From assembly GCA_003220855.1 (NCBI GenBank), contig QHTP01000037.1, positions 1 through 34,853 on the forward strand: a stretch of DNA of 34,853 nt, written 5' to 3'. The first letter of the stretch is position 1. The number at the start of each line of letters is the position of its first letter. Below, piece by piece: positions 19,172 to 28,910 of the stretch. Made by a program: the position numbers and the translations under genes. The notes under the pieces were generated by a model. The model made no database searches, was not told where the DNA came from, and saw only the letters and a program-made list of their open reading frames with translations. This DNA is from Gemmatimonadota bacterium. GTDB lineage: Bacteria; Gemmatimonadota; Gemmatimonadetes; Gemmatimonadales; GWC2-71-9.

Positions 19172-19759
19172 GTGAACCGAGTACTCGTGGTCCTTCTCGC
19201 CTTGGTCGCCACGCCCGCTGTCGCGAGCGTGGCCCAGGACAATCCAGCCAAAGGCGCGCCTCGTGCCGCCGGGTCGCTGGACAATCCGGGGCTGGGCCAC
19301 GACGCGGCCCACTGCGCGATGCGTGCGGCGCTGCACCCGGGTGCAACCATCAACAAGTGCCCGGTGGCGGATCCGCCCCCGCCTCCGCAGCCGCCCCCAC
19401 CTCCGCCTCCTCCGCCTCCGGCGCCGTCGCCGACCTGCGGGAGCGCCCCGGCAGGTGGTGGAACGGTGGAGATCGACGGCCAGGTGTACGTTGACGCCTC
19501 GCCGTGGTCTGGCCTCGCGAACTGGTGCATCCAACTCACCGGTCCGGTGTCGGGCGCGGTGACGACCGACGCTTCGGGGAACTATATCTTCTCGGGCCTG
19601 CCGGCCGGCACCTACACGGTCTGCGAAGTGCTGCAGACCAACTGGCACGAAACCTTCCCCTCGAGCGGGCCCGGGTGTGCGGGCGGGTTCGGGTACAGCA
19701 TCACGCTCATCGACGGGAGCGGCGCCAGCTTCATCGACTTCGCCAACTTGAGTCCGTGA
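19172..19759 (+). CDS. Secreted protein: signal peptide, polyproline linker and SdrD-B/Cna-B-like domain
   Basis: GTG start with AGGAG SD. Sec signal MNRVLVVLLALVATPAVA, Pro tract, then IDGQVYVD...TTDASGNYIFSGLPAGTYTVCE...DFAN, an SdrD-B-like pattern. Confidence 0.75.
   Translation: MNRVLVVLLALVATPAVASVAQDNPAKGAPRAAGSLDNPGLGHDAAHCAMRAALHPGATINKCPVADPPPPPQPPPPPPPPPPAPSPTCGSAPAGGGTVEIDGQVYVDASPWSGLANWCIQLTGPVSGAVTTDASGNYIFSGLPAGTYTVCEVLQTNWHETFPSSGPGCAGGFGYSITLIDGSGASFIDFANLSP
19372..19419 (+). repeat. CCN trinucleotide run encoding PPPPPQPPPPPPPPPP
   Basis: Read directly from the sequence. Confidence 0.85.
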
Positions 19760-19782
19760 GGATGGAGTAGGTCAGAGCGCAT

Positions 19783-19820
19783 ACGGCCGGCGTCGAATCG
19801 ACGCCGGCCGTTGTGTTTTT
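19783..19820 (+). terminator. Rho-independent terminator
   Basis: Perfect 13-bp stem ACGGCCGGCGTCG/CGACGCCGGCCGT with loop AAT, followed by TGTGTTTTT, starting 24 nt after the stop of 19172..19759. Confidence 0.85.
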
Positions 19821-19985
19821 GCCCAGATATAGAGATAAGAAGGAAGCAGCATCCGGGCCGTCGCAGCTCGACTCCGTTGACCCAACGAGACACCCGTTGC
19901 GTCGAAGCCACACCTCTCCCCGCACGGACCCGGAGATATCCCTACACGCCTGTACCTCGACCACGCCGACGCGGTGCGACGCTTG

Positions 19986-20005
19986 CATACCCTTAGGAGG
20001 GTATG
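19986..20005 (+). promoter_or_regulatory. Hairpin sequestering the SD and start codon of 20003..20776
   Basis: CATACCCT-TAGG-AGGGTATG is a perfect 8-bp stem. AGGAGG spans the loop and 3' arm, and the ATG is paired. Confidence 0.55.
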
Positions 20006-20776
20006 AGGATATTACGCTTTGCGCTGCTCGCCGCCGTGGCTGTCGGCTGTCATTTCGACAAGCTGTTCCAACCCGCCGGCGGCGGGCGGGCGCCGCCATA
20101 CGGATCGCAGCGAGCCCATCTGAAGTTCACGGCTCCACCTCACAGTGCGATGCAGGACAGTACGATCAAGCCGCCGGTCCAAGTCACGGCGTTAGATTCA
20201 GGCGGAACCGTCGTGACGAGCTTCTCCGGGACCGTGAGCATCGCGATCGGCAACAACGGCGGCGTGCTGCAGCCAGGGACGCTTGCGGGTTCTGATCACG
20301 TAGCCGCCATCGGGGGCGTGGCCACGTTCAGCGATTTGCGCATCGACCAGATCGGCACGGGGTATACACTCACCGCGACGGCATCCCCGCTCGCGGGGGA
20401 TATGAGCGACGCGTTCGACATCACCGCGACCCCGCCGCCCTCGGGCCAGGCGACGAAGCTCGCGTTCGTGGGACAGCCGACCAACACGGCACCAGGTGCG
20501 ACGATCTCGCCGCCCGTGCGAGTCGCGGCGGTGGACGACCAGAACAATATCGTGACTACGTTCAGCGGCGGCATCACGATCGCGATCGGCCACAACGGCG
20601 GTTTGCTCAAACCAGGTACCTTGAGCGGCACGCTGCTCCAACCCGCCGTAAACGGGGTCGCTACTTTCGCGGACCTGAGCATCGACCAGGCGGGGACCGA
20701 CTATTACACGCTGGTGGCAAGCAATCCTCAGCTGGGCAATATGGAGAGCGTTCACTTCTTGGTCCCGGTGCTGTAA
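20003..20776 (+). CDS. Lipoprotein with two tandem ~100-aa Ig-like beta-sandwich repeats
   Basis: AGGAGG SD and lipobox AVAVGC. Repeats LKFTAPP...PPVQVTALD...IAIGNNGG...GTLAG...GVATFSDLRIDQIGTGYTL and LAFVGQP...PPVRVAAVD...IAIGHNGG...GTLSG...GVATFADLSIDQAGTDYYTL. Confidence 0.8.
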   Translation: MRILRFALLAAVAVGCHFDKLFQPAGGGRAPPYGSQRAHLKFTAPPHSAMQDSTIKPPVQVTALDSGGTVVTSFSGTVSIAIGNNGGVLQPGTLAGSDHVAAIGGVATFSDLRIDQIGTGYTLTATASPLAGDMSDAFDITATPPPSGQATKLAFVGQPTNTAPGATISPPVRVAAVDDQNNIVTTFSGGITIAIGHNGGLLKPGTLSGTLLQPAVNGVATFADLSIDQAGTDYYTLVASNPQLGNMESVHFLVPVL

Positions 20777-22371
20777 TGCGCTGTCCCCAGTGTTTCCTCG
20801 CCGACATCCCCGAAGGGGCACGCACCTGTGTGCTGTGCGGCTTTTCGCCGGACGCCCAGGGAAGCGGCCATGCCGCGCGGGGCCGCCGCGCCACTCCCGC
20901 CGCTCGGTCCACGCCGACGGACCCGCACGGCCCACACGCGCCGACGGCCGTGGCGGAAGAGGTCGACACCGTCCCGACGGAGCTCGACGCGCGGCGCGAG
21001 CTGTCGACGGAATTTCGCATCGAAGCGCTGCTGCAAGGGTTGCCGGGGCCAATTGTCTATCTCGCCTGGGACGGCGCCGATCGGCCGGTGACGCTCAAGG
21101 CCGTCGCGCGCCAGCACCTGGGACCGGCGGCGGATCGGTTCGCGCGCGCCGCCGAAACGGCCATGCAGCTCGAGCACTCGCACATCCTCCCGCCGTTTCG
21201 GTTCGGCGGCAGCGAGCAGTTCGTGTGGTACGCCACGAAGCGTGTCGACGGTCGCTCGCTCGAGAGCATGCTCGAGACCGTCGGCTCGCTGGAGCTCTCG
21301 ACCTGCGTCCGCATCCTAGAGCAGGTGGCGAGCGCGCTGGACCACGCGCACCGGCGGGGATTGGCGCACGGGGGTCTGCGTTCCGACTGTGTGATCGTCG
21401 GCGCGAACGAGTGGGTGCAGGTGAGCGACTTCATGGTGGGGGGGGTGTTCCAGCTTCCGCCCGACGAAGTGCGCGCGAGCGAGCCCGGACCACGCGCGGA
21501 TCAGTACGCGCTGGCGGCGCTCGCGTACGAGTGCCTGACCGGAACGCCGGCGCGCGACGCGCCACCGCTCTCCAGGTTGCTCGACGGCCGCAGCGACATT
21601 CCCCTCCACGTGTCGCAGGCGCTGCGCCGGGCCGTGAGCAGCCGGCCCGCCGAGCGGTTTCCGACGGTCCTCGACTTCGTCACGGCGCTCGGCGGCCCCA
21701 CGGCCACGGCCGCGGCCCCGGCTCCCGCCCAGCCGCCGTCCTGGTTCGAGGGGGCGCCACAGCGGAGCCCGCGCGCCCCGGTCGTGATCGTGGCCGACGA
21801 AGACGAAGACGACGAAGAGCTGGAGCGTCCGCCGCGTCCTCCCACGCGCCGGCGGGGACGCCTCGTCGCCGCCGCCGGCCTGGTGATCCTCGTCGGCGGC
21901 GCCGCGGTCTGGCTCGGCACCTCATCCGCGCCGGCGTCGCAGACCAGCGCCTACGACATGGGCCGTCCGCCAGACCCGGCGCCGCAGCCGGCGGTCGAGA
22001 CACCCCCGCCCGAGCCGCCACGCGAGACAGCGCGCCGCCGAGCGGAGCCCGCGCCGGTCAAGCGGACACCCGTGGTACGGCGGACGACACCAGCCGTGTC
22101 CCCACCGCCGCGCCGCGTCGAGCGGCCAGCCCAACGCCCAGCCCAACGCCCCTCTGAGCCGGCGCTGCTGTCGGTCAACTCGGTCCCCTGGGGGAGCGTG
22201 TACGTCGACGGTCAGCCGGTGGGCAACACGCCACAAATCGACCTCCAGGTGGCAGCCGGAGCGCATCGGCTGCGGGTTGAGCGCGACGGGTTCCGTCCCT
22301 ATGAGCGCCTGGTCGAGCTGGCTCCCGGCCAGCGGCTGCGGATCACGGACATCGCCCTGGTGGAGCGCTAG
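20776..22371 (+). CDS. Membrane Hanks-type Ser/Thr kinase-like protein (probable pseudokinase): zinc ribbon + kinase fold + TM + Pro-rich linker + PEGA domain
   Basis: CPQC...CVLC at the N-terminus. Kinase subdomains VYLAWD, VTLK, LEHSHI, ASALDHAHRRGLAH, VSDF, ADQYALAALAYECLTG and RPAERF. TM LVAAAGLVILVGGAAVWL. PEGA-like SVNSVPWGSVYVDGQPVGNTP...GAHRLRVERDGF. Confidence 0.85.
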   Translation: MRCPQCFLADIPEGARTCVLCGFSPDAQGSGHAARGRRATPAARSTPTDPHGPHAPTAVAEEVDTVPTELDARRELSTEFRIEALLQGLPGPIVYLAWDGADRPVTLKAVARQHLGPAADRFARAAETAMQLEHSHILPPFRFGGSEQFVWYATKRVDGRSLESMLETVGSLELSTCVRILEQVASALDHAHRRGLAHGGLRSDCVIVGANEWVQVSDFMVGGVFQLPPDEVRASEPGPRADQYALAALAYECLTGTPARDAPPLSRLLDGRSDIPLHVSQALRRAVSSRPAERFPTVLDFVTALGGPTATAAAPAPAQPPSWFEGAPQRSPRAPVVIVADEDEDDEELERPPRPPTRRRGRLVAAAGLVILVGGAAVWLGTSSAPASQTSAYDMGRPPDPAPQPAVETPPPEPPRETARRRAEPAPVKRTPVVRRTTPAVSPPPRRVERPAQRPAQRPSEPALLSVNSVPWGSVYVDGQPVGNTPQIDLQVAAGAHRLRVERDGFRPYERLVELAPGQRLRITDIALVER

Positions 22372-22373
22372 CC

Positions 22374-23420
22374 GTGTCCCGCGTCCTGACCGTTCTCGCG
22401 ATCCTCGTCGCCGCCGCGTCCCGCGTGCCCGCGCAGTCGGCCGACGATCTGTTGCAGCAGGGCGTGCGGGCCTATCAAAGGCTCGAGTACGACGCCGCGG
22501 TGGCGCTCTTGCGCGAGAGCCTGCTGCGCCGGGAGCCCGCCGCGCTGGCGGACTCGCAGCGGGCGCGGGCCCTGTCGTATCTCGCCGCGACTGAGCTGTT
22601 CCAGCAGCAGCGCGATTCCGCCTCGGCCGCCTTCCGCACTCTCGTGCGCCTCGACCCGCGCTACCGACCGGACGAGCTCATTTTCCCGCCGCAAGTTACC
22701 AACCTGTACGAGGAGGTCCGCCGCTCGACCAAGGTCCTGAGTGTGCAAGTCCCACCCGTCACCGAGCTGCACGCGCGCCTCGAGTGGTTCACCGCTCGTG
22801 TGGTCACGACGTCGGTGCAGTCGGTGACGGCGACGCTGGCGCGCGACGACGGCACGCCAGTGCGCACGCTGTACGACGGACCGGTGGCCGACAGCCTCTC
22901 GTTGAAATGGGACGGCCTCACGGCGGGCGGAACGCTGCCGGCGGAGGGCCGTTACGTGTTGCATGTGGCGCCACGCCCGGCGCTGCAGGACGGGCCGCGT
23001 CCGCTCCAAGTCACGCTCGACATCACTCAGGTGGCGCCCGACACGCTGCCCTGGCCGGCGCCGAGCGGGCCAGCCCTGCTGCCGGAGCGCACGTCGGCGG
23101 GGCCGGCGCTGGGCTCGCTCGCGGCGGGGGCCCTGGCGGGCGGCGCCGTGGTCGCGCTTCCGTCGCTGTTCGGCCGCAGCGGCGAGGCTACGGGGGCCCG
23201 ATTCGCGGTGGCCGCCGCAGTCAGCGTCGCGGGGCTGGTGGGCTTCTTCGCGCACCAACCCCGGCCGATCGACGCCAACATCCGCGCCAACGCCCCCGCG
23301 CGCGCCGACTGGCAGCGCCGTGTCGAAGGGGTGCAAGCCGAGAACGCCAAGCGCCGCGGGCAAGCGCGCCTGCTCATTCGGGCCGGACCGGTCACGGTCG
23401 CCGAGAGGGCCCCGTCATGA
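22374..23420 (+). CDS. Exported protein with TPR-like N-domain, FlgD-Ig-like domain and C-terminal hydrophobic segments
   Basis: Signal peptide. Helical LQQGVRAYQRLEYDAAVALL...ALSYLAA...AFRTLVRLDP. FlgD-like DGTPVRTLYDG...LKWDGLTAGGTLPAEGRYVL. Two Gly/Ala-rich hydrophobic stretches near the C-terminus. Confidence 0.7.
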   Translation: MSRVLTVLAILVAAASRVPAQSADDLLQQGVRAYQRLEYDAAVALLRESLLRREPAALADSQRARALSYLAATELFQQQRDSASAAFRTLVRLDPRYRPDELIFPPQVTNLYEEVRRSTKVLSVQVPPVTELHARLEWFTARVVTTSVQSVTATLARDDGTPVRTLYDGPVADSLSLKWDGLTAGGTLPAEGRYVLHVAPRPALQDGPRPLQVTLDITQVAPDTLPWPAPSGPALLPERTSAGPALGSLAAGALAGGAVVALPSLFGRSGEATGARFAVAAAVSVAGLVGFFAHQPRPIDANIRANAPARADWQRRVEGVQAENAKRRGQARLLIRAGPVTVAERAPS

Positions 23421-24079
23421 TGAAGGGCGGCCTAAGGGCGCTCGCCGGTACGTGCGCGCTCGTGCTGGCGGCGTCGGCGGCGTCCGCGCAGCGCCGGCCC
23501 ACCATCTCGCTGCGGGCGGACGCCTTCATGATGTGGGTGCACAGCGACACGGGCCTCGCCCGCACGTCGCTGCGCGGTCCCGGGTTCGGCGGTGAGGGGC
23601 GGATTGGCGTCAACGGGCTGCTGTTCGGCCTGGGACTGATGCAAGGTCAGCTCAAGCCCGGGGGCGTCACCGGTGGGGGGGCGTCGCACGTCGACCTCGT
23701 GCAGGGAACCGTGTTCGTGGGCGGCCGGCTCTTGCCCTGGCTCGAGATGACCGCCGGGCCCGTGGTGCGGGCGTACGTGACGGACTCCACCACCGAGCGC
23801 TGGGTGTTCTGGCAGGCGCGGGCCCGCGTGGACGCCCCGATCGTGGTGGGGCAACTCGCGAGCTATCTCGAAGTGTGGCGGGCGCTCGCGTCCGAGGTGA
23901 ACCTGCCCACCGGGGCCGGCCGGATCCAGGGTGGAGAGGCCGGCGTGGTGTTTCAGCCGCCGCAGCAGCGAATCTGGCTGCGGCTCTCCTACCGCATGGA
24001 CGACGCGCTGCTCGGCGGGCCCAGCGGCAACGAAACGCTCGAAGCGATCACGCTCTCCGGGGGTATTGTCATCCCCTGA
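23417..24079 (+). CDS. Hypothetical exported protein, predicted outer-membrane beta-barrel
   Basis: ATGA overlap with the upstream stop. Signal peptide ending ASAASA-Q. Alternating amphipathic Gly/aromatic strands (GFGGEGRIGV, WVFWQARARVD, IWLRLSYR, ITLSGGIVIP). Confidence 0.65.
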   Translation: MMKGGLRALAGTCALVLAASAASAQRRPTISLRADAFMMWVHSDTGLARTSLRGPGFGGEGRIGVNGLLFGLGLMQGQLKPGGVTGGGASHVDLVQGTVFVGGRLLPWLEMTAGPVVRAYVTDSTTERWVFWQARARVDAPIVVGQLASYLEVWRALASEVNLPTGAGRIQGGEAGVVFQPPQQRIWLRLSYRMDDALLGGPSGNETLEAITLSGGIVIP

Positions 24080-24085
24080 CGGGCG

Positions 24086-26418
<2,333 letters not shown>

Positions 26419-26422
<4 letters not shown>

Positions 26423-27390
26423 CGGCCGGGAAAGTGGTCGAAGCCGGAGGGAGGCGTGATCCGTCGTCCGTTGTCCGCGGTCCGGACGCCGTGGCCCGCG
26501 GTGCAGGCGCCGATGCGCGTGAGCGGCAGTCCGGTGGCACGACGAAACGCGCGGGCGCCGGCTTCGCCGAACGCTCGCGGCATGGCCACCAACAGCTCGT
26601 ACTCCTCGCCGCTGCGCGCCGCCGCGAGCGGCGTCACGCCGGGCCAGCACGGCAACCGCTCGAGCTCGAGCTCGACGCGCACGCCCGACGCCGCGGCGAG
26701 GTGCCCCGCCTCCCCCGCCAGCCCGTCGGAGACATCGATCATGGCCCGCGCTCCGCGCCGCGCCAGCCAGCGTCCCGCGGCGATCCGCGCCACCGGGCGG
26801 GCGAAGCGGCGCCGTACGGCCGGAGCGAGGTGGCGCCCGGCTCGGAGCGCGGCCAGCGCGAGTCCCGCGCCACCAAGCCGCCCCGTCACCCACAGCCCGT
26901 CACCCGGGCGCGCGCCGCTGCGCCGCACGGGCCGCTGGGCGACGCCGAGCACGCACGCGTCCACCAGGTAGCGAGCAGATCGCACGAGATCGCCGCCCAG
27001 CAGGTGCGCACCGACGCTGCGGGCGGCGGCCCCGACGCCGGACATGATCTGGACCGCGGGTGAAGCGTTGCCGGAATGGCGTTGCCGGTTGCCCGGCACC
27101 CCGAGCGACACGAGCACGCCGAGCGGGGTCGCTCCTTCGGCCGCCAGATCGGAGAAGGCCGCGGCGGTCGCGCGCCACCCGATCTCGCGGAACGAGAGCC
27201 AGTCGGTGCGGAAGTGCACGCCCTCGAGGGAGAGGTCGATGCTGAGGGCGAGGGTGCGCGTCCCGATGCGGATCAGCGCGCAGTCGTCACCCAAGCCGCG
27301 TCCGGCGGCGCCGAGGCTCGCGAAAATGGCGCGCAGGCGATCGAACTCTCCACCCGGTCCCAGGCGGAGCGCCCCGCCTCCAGGGCTCAC
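26419..27390 (-). CDS. thiL: Thiamine-monophosphate kinase
   Basis: Motifs GEFDRL, GDDCA, EGVHF, SDLAAEGATP, GGD, DVSDGL, GEEYEL and GFDHF. GTG at 27390. Confidence 0.93.
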
Positions 27391-28910
27391 GCCGTCTCCG
27401 GCGGCTCCAGCACCGCCAGGACCGGGGGCCCATGCGGCTGCGGGCTCGCCCACGCCCGCCAGATTTCGGGCAGTGCGGCGAGCACGTCGGCGGGCCGCAG
27501 GCTGCGGGCCGTCCACTGACGGGCGCCGTGCTCCGCGGCGCGGCCCAGGGCGTGCGCGCCGAGCGCGGCGGCCTCGGGCCCCGCGCTGCCGCGCGCCAGA
27601 AACGCCCCGATAAAGCCGGCGAGCAGGTCGCCCGAGCCGCCAGTGGCGAGCCCGGGGTTGCCGCTCGCCACCACGTGCGCCGGTCCGCGCAGGTCGGCGA
27701 TCACGGTCGGCACGCCCTTCAGGACGACGGTCCCCTTGACCCGCTGCGCGGCTTTGGCCGCGGCGGCCCAGCGGTCGTTGGCCGCCTCATCGGCGAGCTG
27801 ATCGCCGAATTGGGCGCGGAACTCCCCCAGGTGAGGGGTGAGGACCACCGGTCGCTCGGCGGGGCCGTGGAACAGCGACAGGGCGTCCGCATCGAGCACG
27901 GTCGGCACGGGGCGACGACCCAGCACCGCCTGAAGAAACGGCAGCCGCGGCGGCTCGCGGCCCAGACCGGGCCCGACCACGAGGGCGTCGGCCCATTCGA
28001 GCGCGTCCGCGGCCTCGGCCTCGAGGTCCGGTCCGAGGGCGGACTCGACGGTCAGGACGTCGGGCAGGCTGGCGCGCGCCGCGGCGATCGTCTCCGGCCC
28101 CGCGACGAGTTTCACGAGTCCCGCACCGGCGGCGAGTGCGGCGCGCGCCGCGTGGAGCGCGGCGCCGGTCATCCCGCTCGAGCCACCAACCACGGTGACC
28201 CGGCCGCGGTCGCCCTTGTGCATCGTGGGCGCAAGCTTGGGAAGCCGCGCCCCGGCCCAGAGATCGCTGACGAGCACGGGCCACGCGGGATCGGGCGGCG
28301 GGAACCCGATGTCCACCACGATCAGCTTGCCGCACCACTCCCGGGCCAGCAGGTGCCCCCGGCGCGCACCGCCGAAGGTGATCGACAGCGACGCGCGCAC
28401 GGGACCGTGCGCCTCCCCGCTCGAGAGGTCCAGCCCGGTCGGCCCGTCCACGGCGACGATGGGAGCGCCGTAGGCGACGAGCCGCTGGGCCAGCGCGAGT
28501 ACGTCGCCCCGGGCCGGCCCCGTGGCGCCCGTGCCCAGCAGCGCATCCAGCGCGACGGCCGCGGCGGGCCACGGCTCGTCGCGCCCGATCTCGCGCACGC
28601 CGTCCACGCGCGCCAGCGCGCGGTTGTCGATCGCATCGTCGGTCTTGGGGTCGAGGGCGGCCACCCACACCGGCACGCCGCCCGCGTGCAGCGCCCGCGC
28701 CGCCACCCAGCCGTCGCCCCCGTTGTTGCCGGCGCCGGCGACGACGAGGGCCCCGCGGGCGAGCACCGCGGGGTACTCGCGCAGCAGCACGTGGGCGACG
28801 GCGCGTCCGGCGGCCTCCATCAGGACGCGCGAGGGAATGCGGTACTGGGTTCGGGCGGCCGAATCCCACCCCGCGGCTTCGGTCGCGGATAGCACGGGGA
28901 TCGGGTTCAC
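27387..28910 (-). CDS. nnr: Bifunctional NAD(P)H-hydrate epimerase/dehydratase (NnrE-NnrD)
   Basis: Motifs LMEAAG, GAGNNGGDG, DALLGTG, HKGDRG, GPGLG, LTPHLGEF and ATGGSGDLLAG. GTG at 28910. Confidence 0.93.
   Translation of the reverse strand: MNPIPVLSATEAAGWDSAARTQYRIPSRVLMEAAGRAVAHVLLREYPAVLARGALVVAGAGNNGGDGWVAARALHAGGVPVWVAALDPKTDDAIDNRALARVDGVREIGRDEPWPAAAVALDALLGTGATGPARGDVLALAQRLVAYGAPIVAVDGPTGLDLSSGEAHGPVRASLSITFGGARRGHLLAREWCGKLIVVDIGFPPPDPAWPVLVSDLWAGARLPKLAPTMHKGDRGRVTVVGGSSGMTGAALHAARAALAAGAGLVKLVAGPETIAAARASLPDVLTVESALGPDLEAEAADALEWADALVVGPGLGREPPRLPFLQAVLGRRPVPTVLDADALSLFHGPAERPVVLTPHLGEFRAQFGDQLADEAANDRWAAAAKAAQRVKGTVVLKGVPTVIADLRGPAHVVASGNPGLATGGSGDLLAGFIGAFLARGSAGPEAAALGAHALGRAAEHGARQWTARSLRPADVLAALPEIWRAWASPQPHGPPVLAVLEPPETA

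Noticed and set aside
22126-22151. 12-bp tandem duplication CCAGCCCAACGC (PAQRPAQRP)
   Set aside because: It is in frame within a low-complexity Pro-rich linker, which is ordinary slippage and not a CRISPR or functional array.
16267-24079. Prophage, ICE or integrative island at tRNA-Met
   Set aside because: No integrase, transposase, phage gene or direct repeat of the tRNA 3' end was seen.
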